Assembly: GCA_964473825.1 (NCBI GenBank)
Contig: CAYYQL010000002.1
Span: forward strand, 96,001-160,000
DNA: 64,000 nt
From: an uncultured archaeon
Lineage (GTDB): Archaea > Asgardarchaeota > Thorarchaeia > Thorarchaeales > Thorarchaeaceae
Reading direction: 5' to 3'
In this document: positions 46,816-57,592 of the stretch, piece after piece
Position numbering within the stretch: position 1 is the stretch's first letter
Layout of the letters: each line of letters opens with the position of its first letter
Notes under the pieces: model-generated
The model's input: only the letters and a program-made list of their open reading frames with translations
Database searches by the model: none
What the model was told of the DNA's origin: nothing
Program-made: the position numbers and the translations under genes

Positions 46816-49473
46816 CTATTTCATCCTACTCTTGCCTAGTACCTTCTCTATTGCAATGTCAATGTTCACTGACCTACCGTGGTCTGATTTACTTGGGTCG
46901 ACACCATCATCACCAAATCGGAATTGTACAATCCGACCTGGTGCAGTCCTGACAGTACCATCAGATTCTACCTTCAAGTCCTGCAACGCCGTCATCAGTC
47001 TTCGCTGCATATACCCGGAAGTAGATGTCCGAACTGCAGTGTCAACAAGACCCTCTCGGCCACCAGCTGCGTGGAACCAGTATTCAATTGGATCAAGTCC
47101 ACTCTTGTAACTAGATGTAACAAAACCACGAGCACGAGCGCCCAAGTCACCTCTCTCAAAGTGAGGGAGTGTGCGGCCAATATAGCCTCGACTGATGCGT
47201 TCGCCACGAACAGCCTGCTGTCCAACAACCGCAGCCATCTGTGAGAGGTTCAGTCGTGACCCCCGAGCTCCTGTCTGTGCCATGATAACTGCAGAGTTCT
47301 CAAGGCCCAAGTGTTCACCTGCAACCTCACCTGCAGAGTCTCTTGCCTCTGCAAGTGTGGCCATGATTCGCTGCTCTAGTGTTTCAAGCAGTGTCTGGCC
47401 GGGATTTGGATCTAGCTCAGCTCGTTTGTAAGTTTCAATGAGTTGATTGACCTTCTTGTCAGCCTCTTCGAGGATTATCTTGATTCTTCGAGATGCCTCC
47501 TTAGGCAGCGTCACGTCATCAAGACCCATTGAAAAGCCTCGATCTGTGATTAGTCGAACAAGAAGGCGTCCAACTGAGTCCATGAAATTGCGCCCTGCGG
47601 TGGAGCCTTTTTCCTTGATGATGCGATGGAATAAGGAGTCGGGCTCACCGGCACCAAAGGCTTTCTCATCCACAACGCCGAACTCTAGTTCTCCGTTCCG
47701 GATGACAACGTATGCGTCATACTCACAGTCCTCCATCTTGCACACCTTACATTTTCGGCAAATATTGGCCTTGAACGAGATGTTGATGCCTTCGGGGATG
47801 AACATACTGAATATCTGTTTCCCGGTCCATAACTGCAGAGGTGCCTTGATTGCGGGTTCAGGTAGCTCGCCCTCAAACTTTGCTGTGGCCGTCAGCTGGT
47901 TCACCTGATTCAGAGTGAACAGACTTGACTTCCGAGTCAGCAAAAATGCTGCTGAAATGTAGTCCTGTAGTGCTCCGATGATAGGACCACCATACCGCGG
48001 AGAGAGGATCTGTTCTTGTACCCGCATGAGGACACGTGCCTCGGCGCGGGCCTCTTCAGATTGTGGTACATGAAGATTCATTTCATCACCATCAAAGTCT
48101 GCGTTGTAGGGTGGGCAGACGAACAGGCTCAGTCTGAAGGTTCGGTAAGGCATTACCCGCACTTCATGAGCCATGATGGACATCCTGTGAAGTGAAGGTT
48201 GTCGATTGAACAACACGATATCGCCTGAGTCAAGGTGTCGTTCCACAACGAAACTGGGCTCTATCGTTTCTGCTATGGTAGTTCTGTCCTTCACGAATCG
48301 TAGGTCTACTCTACGGCCATCGGTACGAATCAAATAGTTCGCACCCGGATGACGATCGGGACCCCGAATCACAAGCTCTTTCATCTTATCCATGTTCCAC
48401 TCAGTCACCCGTTGTGGAATTGTCAGGATCCTCGCTATCTCTTCGGGAACCCCTACCTCATTCATGCTTATATTCGGGTCGGGCGAAATCACTGTTCGCG
48501 CTGAAAAGTCCACACGTTTACCTGACAAGTTAGATCTGAATCGACCTTCCTTACCTTTGAGCCGTTGAGCCAGTGTTCGCAGCGCTCGACCACTTCTGTG
48601 CCTTGCTGGTGGAATACCACTCACTCCATTATCAAAGTAGGTAGTCACATGGTACTGAAGCAGCTCCCAGAGATCCTCAACAATCAGTTGAGGGGCTCCA
48701 GCATCGAGGTTCTCTCGAAGACGTTGATTGATTCGGATGATATCGATGAGTTTGTGGGAGAGATCGTCTTCTGAACGTACCCCTGAATCCAGTGTGATAG
48801 AGGGGCGCACAGTGACAGGGGGGACTGGCAGCACTGTGAGAATAGCCCATTCAAGTCGTGCAGCCTCAGCATTGATATTCATAAGCTTAAAGTCTTCATC
48901 TGGAATGTTCTCAAGGCGAGCCCGAACATCGATAGGCGTGAGCCGAACAGACCCTGCCTCACTGATCTCATATATCGATGTGGGTTTCTCGAGCTTGATC
49001 TTAAACTGTTCAGCCTCGCAATGGGGGCAGTTCTTTGCCTTATTGCCCCGTTTCAGAATCTCCTTGGAGAGATTTGCGGTCTTCTGACCAATCTCAGGAT
49101 AGCGTTTGAACAGTTGCTCAAAGTGTTCAATCTCCTCTTCGCTAAGAAGAAGTCGGTTGCATTCTCTGCATGTGGCTCTCAGTACCTTATAGATTACCTT
49201 AGCGTAGCCCTCGTGCATCACAGGACGAGCAAGCTCAATGTGTCCAAAGTGGCCCGGACAGTTACCCACACGGTTTCCGCAGGTTCTGCAACGCTGACCC
49301 GGGTCAATAACACCCAGTCGTGGATCCATAATTCCTGATTCGATTGGATAACCATCTTCATCGTACGTGTCAGCGACCACGATTTGTGCGACAGACATCT
49401 TGCGGATGTCCTCCGGTGCGAGTAGTCCGAACTCAATCTCGTCAACTTTCTTAGTGCTAGTTGTGGACATCAT
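46816..49473 (-). CDS. rpoA1: RNA polymerase subunit Rpo1N (A')
   Basis: Catalytic YNADFDGDEMN, CPGHFGHI. Confidence 0.98.
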   Translation of the reverse strand: MMSTTSTKKVDEIEFGLLAPEDIRKMSVAQIVVADTYDEDGYPIESGIMDPRLGVIDPGQRCRTCGNRVGNCPGHFGHIELARPVMHEGYAKVIYKVLRATCRECNRLLLSEEEIEHFEQLFKRYPEIGQKTANLSKEILKRGNKAKNCPHCEAEQFKIKLEKPTSIYEISEAGSVRLTPIDVRARLENIPDEDFKLMNINAEAARLEWAILTVLPVPPVTVRPSITLDSGVRSEDDLSHKLIDIIRINQRLRENLDAGAPQLIVEDLWELLQYHVTTYFDNGVSGIPPARHRSGRALRTLAQRLKGKEGRFRSNLSGKRVDFSARTVISPDPNISMNEVGVPEEIARILTIPQRVTEWNMDKMKELVIRGPDRHPGANYLIRTDGRRVDLRFVKDRTTIAETIEPSFVVERHLDSGDIVLFNRQPSLHRMSIMAHEVRVMPYRTFRLSLFVCPPYNADFDGDEMNLHVPQSEEARAEARVLMRVQEQILSPRYGGPIIGALQDYISAAFLLTRKSSLFTLNQVNQLTATAKFEGELPEPAIKAPLQLWTGKQIFSMFIPEGINISFKANICRKCKVCKMEDCEYDAYVVIRNGELEFGVVDEKAFGAGEPDSLFHRIIKEKGSTAGRNFMDSVGRLLVRLITDRGFSMGLDDVTLPKEASRRIKIILEEADKKVNQLIETYKRAELDPNPGQTLLETLEQRIMATLAEARDSAGEVAGEHLGLENSAVIMAQTGARGSRLNLSQMAAVVGQQAVRGERISRGYIGRTLPHFERGDLGARARGFVTSSYKSGLDPIEYWFHAAGGREGLVDTAVRTSTSGYMQRRLMTALQDLKVESDGTVRTAPGRIVQFRFGDDGVDPSKSDHGRSVNIDIAIEKVLGKSRMK

Positions 49474-49474
49474 A

Positions 49475-52400
49475 TTAGATCATCTCCTTGAGCCTGAGTC
49501 TACAGGCAAGTCCCAGCGACATCATTTCCTGCAGTAGAAGCTTGAATGCATACGACACGGTGATATTGCTCACCTTAGCGCTGGTACCACAGATGGGGCA
49601 GTATGTCATGTCCTTATTCCTATCATAGACCCCAATGAGGCCACATTCCTCACAGACAAGCATACTGCTCTTGTCTGATTCGTCCAAAAGGCGGCCCTTG
49701 AGAAGGATTGCCGCGCCGTGCCCAATCAGTACATCACGCTCCATCTCTCCGAACCTGAGCCCGCCCTCTCGCGCACGCCCCTCTGTGGGTTGTCTTGTAA
49801 GGATCTGGACAGGGCCACGAGCGCGAGCGTGAATCTTGTCAGCCACCATGTGGTGAAGCTTCTGATAATAGATTACACCGACAAAGACATCGGTTGTGAG
49901 TTTCTCCCCTGTGATGCCAGAGTACATGGTTTCGCGACCGTTGTACTGGAGACCGTGCCCCTGTAGCTGGTCGAACAGCTCCTGCTCGGTGACACCACAG
50001 AACGGGGTAGCATCCTCTTGTTCGCCCTCCATACAGGCTGCCTTTCCGGCAATCATCTCAAGAATCTGACCGATTGTCATTCGACTTGGGATAGCATGAG
50101 GATTGATTATCAGATCGGGAACAACTCCATCCTCGGTGAATGGCACGTCTTGTTGGGGTACGACATATCCAATGACACCCTTCTGTCCGTGTCGTGAAGC
50201 GTACTTGTCGCCTAGCTCAGGTACTCGCAAGTCACGTACTTTCACCTTCACAAGACGGTTTCCGTCAATGGTTTCTGTAAGGATGACACTGTCTACAACA
50301 CCCGATTCGCCATGTCTCACCGCGACGGAGGTTTCACGACGGTTTGGTGAAGCAATCTCAAACTCTGAGTATTCTTCAAGGAAGCGTGGGGGAGATGTTC
50401 GTCCAATCAGTACATCACCGCCCTGCACCTCAACCTCAGTTTCGATGATTCCGTCTTCACCAAGATTGCGATATGACTCAGAGGCTCTATAGCCCCGCAC
50501 GCTGCGTTCAGGAATCTCAAATCGATCCTCTTGACCACCAGGGTATTTCCGCTCCTCGCTCTCATATACACGAGCAAAGGTGCTTCTTCCCAGACCTCTT
50601 TCGATGGAGGCCTTGTTCATTATGAGTGCGTCTTCTATGTTGTAACCCTCAAAGGAGAGAATTGCAACAACAAAGTTCTGTCCGGCCGGACGCTCTTCGT
50701 AGCCAATGGAATCCATGGCACGAGTCTTGACAAGCGGTATCTGAGGATAGTGGAAGAAATGGGAACGGGTATCTGCACGATACTTGAAGTTTGAAGCAGG
50801 CACGCCCACGGATTGCTTTGCCATTCCAGCCATGTAGACGTTTCGAGGAGACTGATTTCGCTCAGGGAAAGGAATAAGGGCGGCAGAAATACCAAGAATG
50901 GTTGCAGGAACAATCTCAAGGTGCGTGGTATTAGGTCCGATTTCTTCAGGACCCATTGCAATCAACGCATTTTCTTCTTCTTCTGCGTCAAGAAACTCAA
51001 CAATCCCGTTCCGCAAGAGGTCTGGATAGGCCCATTCGCCATCATCAATCATGCGAAGATGTTCATCTGTCAAACGACTGCGCCCATTCTCTACAACAAT
51101 CAGTGGCCGACGGACACGTCCGGCATCACAGTTCACCTGAACTTCGTGAGTGCCATCGTAATAGGCAATGTTTACCTCTGAGTCTATCTCTCCAGCACGG
51201 CGTTTCTGAATCATGGTCTTGGCCAAGACCTGAGGGGCTGGATGAACACCTACAAGTCTACCGTTGAGAAAGACATCGGCCCATTTCGAGTCCCTCTTGC
51301 CTTTGAGCTCCTCGATGGGCTCTACCTCTGCATTGAGCATTGTCCGCTCCACAGCCTCTTCGTCTGTTCCCACGGAGATGTAGGCCATCATTGCTATGTT
51401 CTTTACAAGACCACAGTTTGGTCCTTCAGGTGTTTCATTAGGACATATCTTTCCCCAGTGGGTCGAGTGAAGGTCTCTGGCCTCAAAGTGAGGTTGTGAC
51501 CTGGACAACGGTGAAACAACCCTTCGCAGGTGAGAGAGTGATGATATGTAGTTGGTGCGATCTAGTAGTTGGGATACGCCCGCCTTTCCGCCAACCCAAT
51601 TACCTGTAGCAAGAGCATGTTTCAAGCGCTGGGTAATGACATCGGCACGGACAGCAGTTCTGATGTTCGGTTTCCGACCGCGAACTGCCGTACGTTCAAG
51701 CTGGTACTTGATGTCCCTTGTCAGAGAATAGAGAGCGACTCTGAATAATGACATCAGTAAATCGCCAGAGAGCTTCAGTCGCTTGTTTGCATAATGGTCC
51801 TTGTCGTCTGGCTGTCTCTTGTTGAGTACAAGCTGAAGAAGTCTCTCCACCATCTGACCAAGATAGTATGCCTTCTTGAGGCGATGGTCTTCTTCTGTGC
51901 CAACGTGAGGCAGAAGATATCGATCCAAGACTTTCTCGGCTCTGGCTAAACGATAGTCCTTCGTCTGGCCCACTGCAACTCGTTTACCGAGAAAATCGAG
52001 TGCGTTCTCAAGGGTTGAACCCTCCTCATCGTCCATTTTGACATTGATTGGTTGAGCTTGTTCAATTGTTACAATCAGTTCATTGCGAATCTCATCATCA
52101 TCTGAGATTACATCAACAATCTCCCTATCGGACTCTAGACCCAATGCTTTCATCAGGATTGCTAGGGGTATCTTGCCTGGGACAGATGGAAATGATACAC
52201 GAAGCTCTCCGGTCTTCTTTCTCTCAATGGTGACAGGTGCACGGAAACCACGAGAAGTTGAGAATACTTTACCGACGTGCGTGTAACTGGAACTCTTACT
52301 GGCCTCTTCAATCAGGATTCTGTTGGGGGCAAGATCTTCTTGGGTGACAAGAACTCGTTCAGATCCATTGATGATGAAATAGCCACCCGGATCTTTCGGG

Positions 52401-52840
52401 TCTTCGCCGTGCTGGATGAGCTCCTCATCCGACATTCCATGAAGGAGACACTTCTCGCTACGAAGCATGATTGGCAAATCACCAATGTATATCCGAAGCG
52501 TTTCCATTCGGGTAGTAGATGAGTCTTCTTTTCTGACAGGAGTCATGTGAAGATACAGCTTGCTAGCGTAGGTCAAATTCCGAATACGTGCCTCATTGGG
52601 ATAGAGAGGGTGTTCACTGCCGTCTGCCTCGCGGACTGAAGGACTCTCAATCTCAATATCTCCCAGATCTACATAGTAGCCTTCCACTTTCGGATTCAAC
52701 CGAGCAACACTATCAACTACATCCTTCAATTCGTGCTTCACGAATCGATTGAATGAATCGAGATGCTGCCCAACTAAACCTCTGTCTCTGAAATACGCTT
52801 CAATTACTGGCCAATACTTTTGGCGCTCTTCGACACCCAA
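49475..52840 (-). CDS. rpoB: RNA polymerase subunit Rpo2 (unsplit B)
   Basis: GYFIINGSE, GDK.ASRHGQKG, GLRFGEMERD. Confidence 0.98.
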   Translation of the reverse strand: MGVEERQKYWPVIEAYFRDRGLVGQHLDSFNRFVKHELKDVVDSVARLNPKVEGYYVDLGDIEIESPSVREADGSEHPLYPNEARIRNLTYASKLYLHMTPVRKEDSSTTRMETLRIYIGDLPIMLRSEKCLLHGMSDEELIQHGEDPKDPGGYFIINGSERVLVTQEDLAPNRILIEEASKSSSYTHVGKVFSTSRGFRAPVTIERKKTGELRVSFPSVPGKIPLAILMKALGLESDREIVDVISDDDEIRNELIVTIEQAQPINVKMDDEEGSTLENALDFLGKRVAVGQTKDYRLARAEKVLDRYLLPHVGTEEDHRLKKAYYLGQMVERLLQLVLNKRQPDDKDHYANKRLKLSGDLLMSLFRVALYSLTRDIKYQLERTAVRGRKPNIRTAVRADVITQRLKHALATGNWVGGKAGVSQLLDRTNYISSLSHLRRVVSPLSRSQPHFEARDLHSTHWGKICPNETPEGPNCGLVKNIAMMAYISVGTDEEAVERTMLNAEVEPIEELKGKRDSKWADVFLNGRLVGVHPAPQVLAKTMIQKRRAGEIDSEVNIAYYDGTHEVQVNCDAGRVRRPLIVVENGRSRLTDEHLRMIDDGEWAYPDLLRNGIVEFLDAEEEENALIAMGPEEIGPNTTHLEIVPATILGISAALIPFPERNQSPRNVYMAGMAKQSVGVPASNFKYRADTRSHFFHYPQIPLVKTRAMDSIGYEERPAGQNFVVAILSFEGYNIEDALIMNKASIERGLGRSTFARVYESEERKYPGGQEDRFEIPERSVRGYRASESYRNLGEDGIIETEVEVQGGDVLIGRTSPPRFLEEYSEFEIASPNRRETSVAVRHGESGVVDSVILTETIDGNRLVKVKVRDLRVPELGDKYASRHGQKGVIGYVVPQQDVPFTEDGVVPDLIINPHAIPSRMTIGQILEMIAGKAACMEGEQEDATPFCGVTEQELFDQLQGHGLQYNGRETMYSGITGEKLTTDVFVGVIYYQKLHHMVADKIHARARGPVQILTRQPTEGRAREGGLRFGEMERDVLIGHGAAILLKGRLLDESDKSSMLVCEECGLIGVYDRNKDMTYCPICGTSAKVSNITVSYAFKLLLQEMMSLGLACRLRLKEMI

Positions 52841-52995
52841 CTTGTCACCACACCCTGATGGAGGACGGGGAAACTACTGCGAGCATGGATGCTTCCCAAC
52901 GCATGAACCCAGAGAAATCCGAGCTCGTCATATACCGCAATAGCCGCCCCGTTTGTTTCGCTCTTGCAGATCCCGATTCTAATCCTGTAGGACTG

Positions 52996-53072
52996 TGGCG
53001 GGCTCGGCGGGATTTGAACCCGCGGCCGTCAGGTTAAAAGCCTGCTGCGCTACCTAGCTGCGCCACGAGCCC
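52996..53072 (-). tRNA. tRNA-Lys(TTT)
   Basis: GGGCTCG/CGAGCCC acceptor, CTTTTAA loop, TTCAAAT, CCA. Confidence 0.93.
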
Positions 53073-53206
53073 GAACATCGATGCTTACCATATCGTGGCT
53101 CGTGCACCCAGAGTTCATGTAGAATCATGTCTTGCCTGCACTGTCAGTTATGGTCATGCATGGATGGGAAGCAGTACCTGCCTGAGCACCCGACGAAAAT
53201 TTTGTG

Positions 53207-53221
53207 AGCATAAAAGGATTG
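53207..53221 (-). promoter_or_regulatory. Putative promoter of tRNA-Lys/rpoB operon (CAATCCTTTTATGCT)
   Basis: Identical to 33031-33045. Confidence 0.6.
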
Positions 53222-53442
53222 CGATAAAACGAAGATATGGTCTATCAACTAGCGGGGCTATAAGAAAACAAGCCGAGAAATATATGGGATACTGTCTGTA
53301 AAAAGCTTATGCTGCTGTTATCAACTCAGGCTAGTGATGCCTTGAAGGAGATCTAGACTGAGCTATGTCCGACAACTTTAATAGATTAACAAGAATCGAG
53401 CGAATCGGCTCGTCAGTCCAAGGGGATTGAGGGCTGAATTGG

Positions 53443-53550
53443 GCCCCTGTAGTGTAGTTCGGCCTAGCATCCGAGACTGTCAAGCTTTGACGCTTGATGT
53501 CTTGGAGCAGACCTCTCGGGACCCGGGTTCGAATCCCGGCGGGGGCGCCA
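53443..53550 (+). tRNA. tRNA-Asp(GTC) with intron 53483-53512
   Basis: CGAGA-CTGTCA|intron|C-TCTCG; central BHB helix CTGT/GCAG; CCA. Confidence 0.92.
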
Positions 53551-53766
53551 CTTTCTTTTGACAAATAGTATTGTGATTCCGCCAAGGCACTGAGTTTGCC
53601 TTGTTGAGATTATGCTTTCACGTATTTCGCGTCTGTTCGAGCACAGTCTTGCTGAGAAACAACCTCTCTTGAAAGCTCTCGAGGAGTTTAATCTGGAATG
53701 GTAGCAATAGGATTGTTGAAATGGACGGCATATACCTTACCGGGTACAATGTTGTTCCAGTGGTGA

Positions 53767-54768
53767 GTGATGATTACAACTGATTTTCTTAGTTCCTGCT
53801 ACAAGGCAATGATACAGCAAGAGCAGTCAATTCCAAGAACCTTGAGGAACGTTCGGGAAGGACAAGAGGATATTCTGAGAAATGCGGACAGAGTGATTCT
53901 GACGGGTGCAGGAGACTCATTAGCAGTGGCAGAATACGGTGCATTGTTATTGCAAGAACTGGGTATTCATGCCATTGCTTTGACGCCACCAGTCGTCAAT
54001 AGATTGCCAATCTCTACAGGAGATCTCCTCGTTGGAATCACAGCATCAGGCAGAAGTCTTTCCACTATTGATGCATTAGAGTATGCTAGGGAAAAACGAG
54101 TCACATCTGTAGTCTTGACAGACAATCCAGATGGAAGCGCTGCAAATCTCGCAGAAACAGTATGGACTACAGTTTCAGGAGTTGATACATACGATATCAT
54201 TCCAACAGCACCTACAACGACAGCAATGGCCTTCCTGCTGGCTCTTGGTTCACGATTGGATGACAGATTGGACCAAGGAATCGAGAAATTACTTGAATAC
54301 CTGCCATCAATGATGGATTGGGCGGAATCTAGGGGAAAAGAGATTGCAGGAAGAATAAGATTGGATGGCATAGTGTGTCTCCTCTCAGAGGGAGCAAATA
54401 TGGTAGCTGCACATATAGGGATGATGAAACTGAATGAGAGCGCACTTGTTCGGGGAGTTGTGGTGCTTCGTGAAGAGTTCGAGCATCATGGCAACCTACC
54501 AGCCCGAGAAGAGGACTTCGTAATCCTAATCAGTGACACGCTGAATAACGAGAAGGATTTCCAGTATATGCAAGTGCTCACTGAACGCATTGAACTCCAA
54601 GCCTATAACCTACATTTGCCTGAAAGATACCAGATAGCGGAGCCAACAGTTCAGGCCTTGGGTAATACAATTGCCATGCAGATGATGGGATATTATCTGA
54701 TTCTCGAACATAATCGCTCAATGGAGTGGTTCAGAATGCCTAACGCAAAAGCATTCAGAATCTATTGA
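53767..54768 (+). CDS. SIS-domain (GlmS C-terminal-like) sugar isomerase
   Basis: TGAGDS, ASG.S..T, LTDN, K..E, EEF.HG. Confidence 0.85.
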   Translation: MMITTDFLSSCYKAMIQQEQSIPRTLRNVREGQEDILRNADRVILTGAGDSLAVAEYGALLLQELGIHAIALTPPVVNRLPISTGDLLVGITASGRSLSTIDALEYAREKRVTSVVLTDNPDGSAANLAETVWTTVSGVDTYDIIPTAPTTTAMAFLLALGSRLDDRLDQGIEKLLEYLPSMMDWAESRGKEIAGRIRLDGIVCLLSEGANMVAAHIGMMKLNESALVRGVVVLREEFEHHGNLPAREEDFVILISDTLNNEKDFQYMQVLTERIELQAYNLHLPERYQIAEPTVQALGNTIAMQMMGYYLILEHNRSMEWFRMPNAKAFRIY

Positions 54769-54829
54769 TCTTCATTGGGACTTGCGATAAGGCAAAAGGT
54801 AACATGTCCTTGCGTGCCTAGATACACAG

Positions 54830-55804
54830 ATGAAAGTGATTGAGATACTCTCGAGGATAGACGACCCTTCTAAGCGCGGAGAGGTTGCAGATTATATCAA
54901 TAACCACGAGAGTGCGTTCTCCGAACTGATTGATAAGGCATTCTCGGACTCGCCTGATGAGATGAAGGAGACGAGGAGGCGACTGCTTGATCTTGTGGAT
55001 CTACTGAATCAACGGATTGCAACAGAGATTATCGAACATGCAATATCCAGTACAGATACCAATACCAGAATAAAAGGGCTGAAAGCGGCCTATAGAAACA
55101 TGGTAGACGTACTGAATGATGAACTTCTAAGTATGCTTGACAACAGAAACTCCAACTTCGAAGCCCGGAAGTGGATTGTTCACATTCTAGCTACAACAGA
55201 TTCTGGGACCTTTGGCCGTAGCCTTAGGGCCTTGGCAAGAAACCACGATGAAACCGTTGAAATTCGCAAAGAGGCAATCTTTGCGTTGACCAATGTTGCT
55301 GATGATGAAAGCTTAGGGATCCTGTGTGCAGTCTTGGGTGATAGCGACGTAGAGATTCGTCGATCAGGAGCTTGGGCATTGAGCAAGATTGGTGACAGGA
55401 GTACTATCAACTGTCTTTTTGCAGCACTTGAAGATCAGGACCCCGATGTCAGGGACTGGGCCATCCGTGCACTACGCGACATGGATGATGCAAGAGCGCT
55501 TCAAGGACTGGCCGACGCACTTCACAGCGTGGCACCCGAGGAGCAGATTCGGATGATACGGCTAGTTGTTGAGAAACGTTCAGAGATTATTCTTCGTGCA
55601 ATTGCTGAGCTCCTCAGTTCGCCTAATACAGAAGTCCGACGAGTCGCAGCATGGGCGATGGGAGTATCTCCTTATCCGCCAGCTGCAGGAAGTCTTGAAA
55701 CTCTATTGAGTGACCAGGATGAACAGACGAGATATTATGCTAGGACGGCATTGCAGCGCTTAGGCACCGTAGAATACTCTGACTTTGGCTCGTTCCTTGA
55801 ATAA
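54830..55804 (+). CDS. HEAT (PBS-lyase-like) repeat protein
   Basis: Repeated L.D....VR..A..AL units. Confidence 0.85.
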   Translation: MKVIEILSRIDDPSKRGEVADYINNHESAFSELIDKAFSDSPDEMKETRRRLLDLVDLLNQRIATEIIEHAISSTDTNTRIKGLKAAYRNMVDVLNDELLSMLDNRNSNFEARKWIVHILATTDSGTFGRSLRALARNHDETVEIRKEAIFALTNVADDESLGILCAVLGDSDVEIRRSGAWALSKIGDRSTINCLFAALEDQDPDVRDWAIRALRDMDDARALQGLADALHSVAPEEQIRMIRLVVEKRSEIILRAIAELLSSPNTEVRRVAAWAMGVSPYPPAAGSLETLLSDQDEQTRYYARTALQRLGTVEYSDFGSFLE

Positions 55805-56560
55805 TCACATCATTCCTCTATACAGACCGCCATCTATGAGCAGCAAGGTTCCATGGATATAACTTGAAACGGGGCTCAAGAGGAATGCACTCGCTCTTCC
55901 AAATTCCTTGGGTGTCCCCATTCTTCCCAGTGGAATACGTGATATGATTTCACCCTTTGAAGAAGAGTCATCCGAGAGTAGCTCATCAACACGATCGGTC
56001 AAAATCCAGCCCGGGCAGATTGCATTGACTCTCATACCAGTGGGTCCGATTTCATCCGCAAGAGTGCGCATCATGCCAATGACCGCTGAACGGAGTGAAT
56101 TGGAGAGCATAAGGTTCTCGATGGGCTGTTTCACCGAGATTGAAGTACTGTACAGAATAGAGGGAGAATCGGCGTTCCGAAGAAGAGGGAGAGCCTCTCG
56201 GGTTAAACGTACAGCACTCATCAGCGTCAGGTTATATGCTCTCAGCCACTGTTCTTCCGACAGATCGGAGAATGAACCAGGTGGAGGGCCTCCTGCATTG
56301 ACAAAGAGGCCATCAATATGATCCGTGATGGCTGCTACATCGACAAGCAGAGCCGTGATATCTTCCTCTTGTGATAAATCGCAGACGAAGAAACGAGATA
56401 GATTTCCAAGGGAGCTGGTGGCAGACTTCAGAGCCGCTTTCTGGCGGCTACAGATTATAACGCTGGCGCCCTCCCCTACTAGTGCCTCTGCGACGCCATA
56501 ACCAAGCCCTCGAGAAGCGGCGGTCACTAAGAAGGTCTTTCCCTCTAGTCTAAGGTCCAT
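55805..56560 (-). CDS. Short-chain dehydrogenase/reductase
   Basis: TAASRGLG, NAGGPP, S...R in place of Y...K, N.I.PG.I.T.R. Confidence 0.9.
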   Translation of the reverse strand: MDLRLEGKTFLVTAASRGLGYGVAEALVGEGASVIICSRQKAALKSATSSLGNLSRFFVCDLSQEEDITALLVDVAAITDHIDGLFVNAGGPPPGSFSDLSEEQWLRAYNLTLMSAVRLTREALPLLRNADSPSILYSTSISVKQPIENLMLSNSLRSAVIGMMRTLADEIGPTGMRVNAICPGWILTDRVDELLSDDSSSKGEIISRIPLGRMGTPKEFGRASAFLLSPVSSYIHGTLLLIDGGLYRGMM

Positions 56561-56617
56561 GATGAATTGATCACCATCAGACAGAATTGAGATGGAGCTA
56601 TTTCACTGCTCCGAAAC

Positions 56618-56920
56618 TTAACCCCCCACTTCGTTTCGTTCCGATTCTGTGCGGGCGCCCATCACCACTTCAAGATGGACAAAGGCAGCACTAAGTCTTC
56701 GGAAGGAGTTCTCCACCTGAAAATGACCAATACCCATCGAATTCAGCGCCTTCTTGATCTTTCGTGGGGTCAACCGTTTGTTATCTCTGGATCCAAATGC
56801 TAGGAGAACTCGTGTTTCATTGACATCTGGCATTTGACATACTGAGTGACACTCAATGCCCTTCTCCTTGAGTCCGCTCTTTATGGTAGAAACGATTGCT
56901 GTCATTGTGTCTGTCAACAA
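56618..56920 (-). CDS. Hypothetical protein
   Basis: 100-aa protein-like ORF filling the gap; TATA-like box further upstream. Confidence 0.6.
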   Translation of the reverse strand: MLTDTMTAIVSTIKSGLKEKGIECHSVCQMPDVNETRVLLAFGSRDNKRLTPRKIKKALNSMGIGHFQVENSFRRLSAAFVHLEVVMGARTESERNEVGG

Positions 56921-57197
56921 GAATTATGTTCCTGATTGGAGTACTAAAAGACCCGTAATATGCAAGTATTACCGTGTAGTTCGCGCGAAATACGTACAGA
57001 ACGACACTCCTACTGGAGATGACGGTGACGATAGGGACGTGTACCTCCAAACGATGCAATCCGCCGTAGTCATCGGTTCATTAACAATATAAAACTCTGG
57101 ACATATCTGGGTCGAGGATACATGGCACCTCAAGTTCCCAAGCATGTTCTGCCTGAACTGCTTCCTTTCTATTATTCCCGAAACGGACAACCGAAAA

Positions 57198-57274
57198 TGG
57201 TCGGAGCGGCCGGATTTGAACCGGCAACCGATGGATCTACAGTCCATTGCTCTGCCAGGTTGAGCTACGCTCCG
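57198..57274 (-). tRNA. tRNA-Tyr(GTA)
   Basis: C1-G72 acceptor, ATGGA-CTGTAGA-TCCAT, CCA; no intron. Confidence 0.95.
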
Positions 57275-57592
57275 CAAGGGGGGAGCACAGCGATTTTCCT
57301 TTAAAGATTTCCCATTGAGTGCATCGGAAATTTCTCCTGGGTTTGTTTGTTCATAGCCATAATGATCTCACGATTCGACTTTACGAGGGGGAGGAATACA
57401 ATATGAAATCTGCTCCGATGACATTGAGATTCTCGGAGATAGATGGACAATCCCGGTTCTGTACGTGCCTTAACTTTATAGAGGATGACTATCGAAACAA
57501 CAAGAAGAGTAGACGAATTGCCCTTGTTTCTCGGAACCTTGAAAGGGCTTGGGGTCCTTGACTGAGATGACATACAACAAGGAGGTCCGAAC

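Noticed and set aside
53551-57197. Integrated element between convergent tRNA-Asp and tRNA-Tyr 3' ends
   Set aside because: No integrase and no duplicated tRNA 3' end seen; genes are metabolic or housekeeping
57403-57561. 52-aa SD-led ORF before the methyltransferase
   Set aside because: No recognisable motif; cannot be supported from sequence alone
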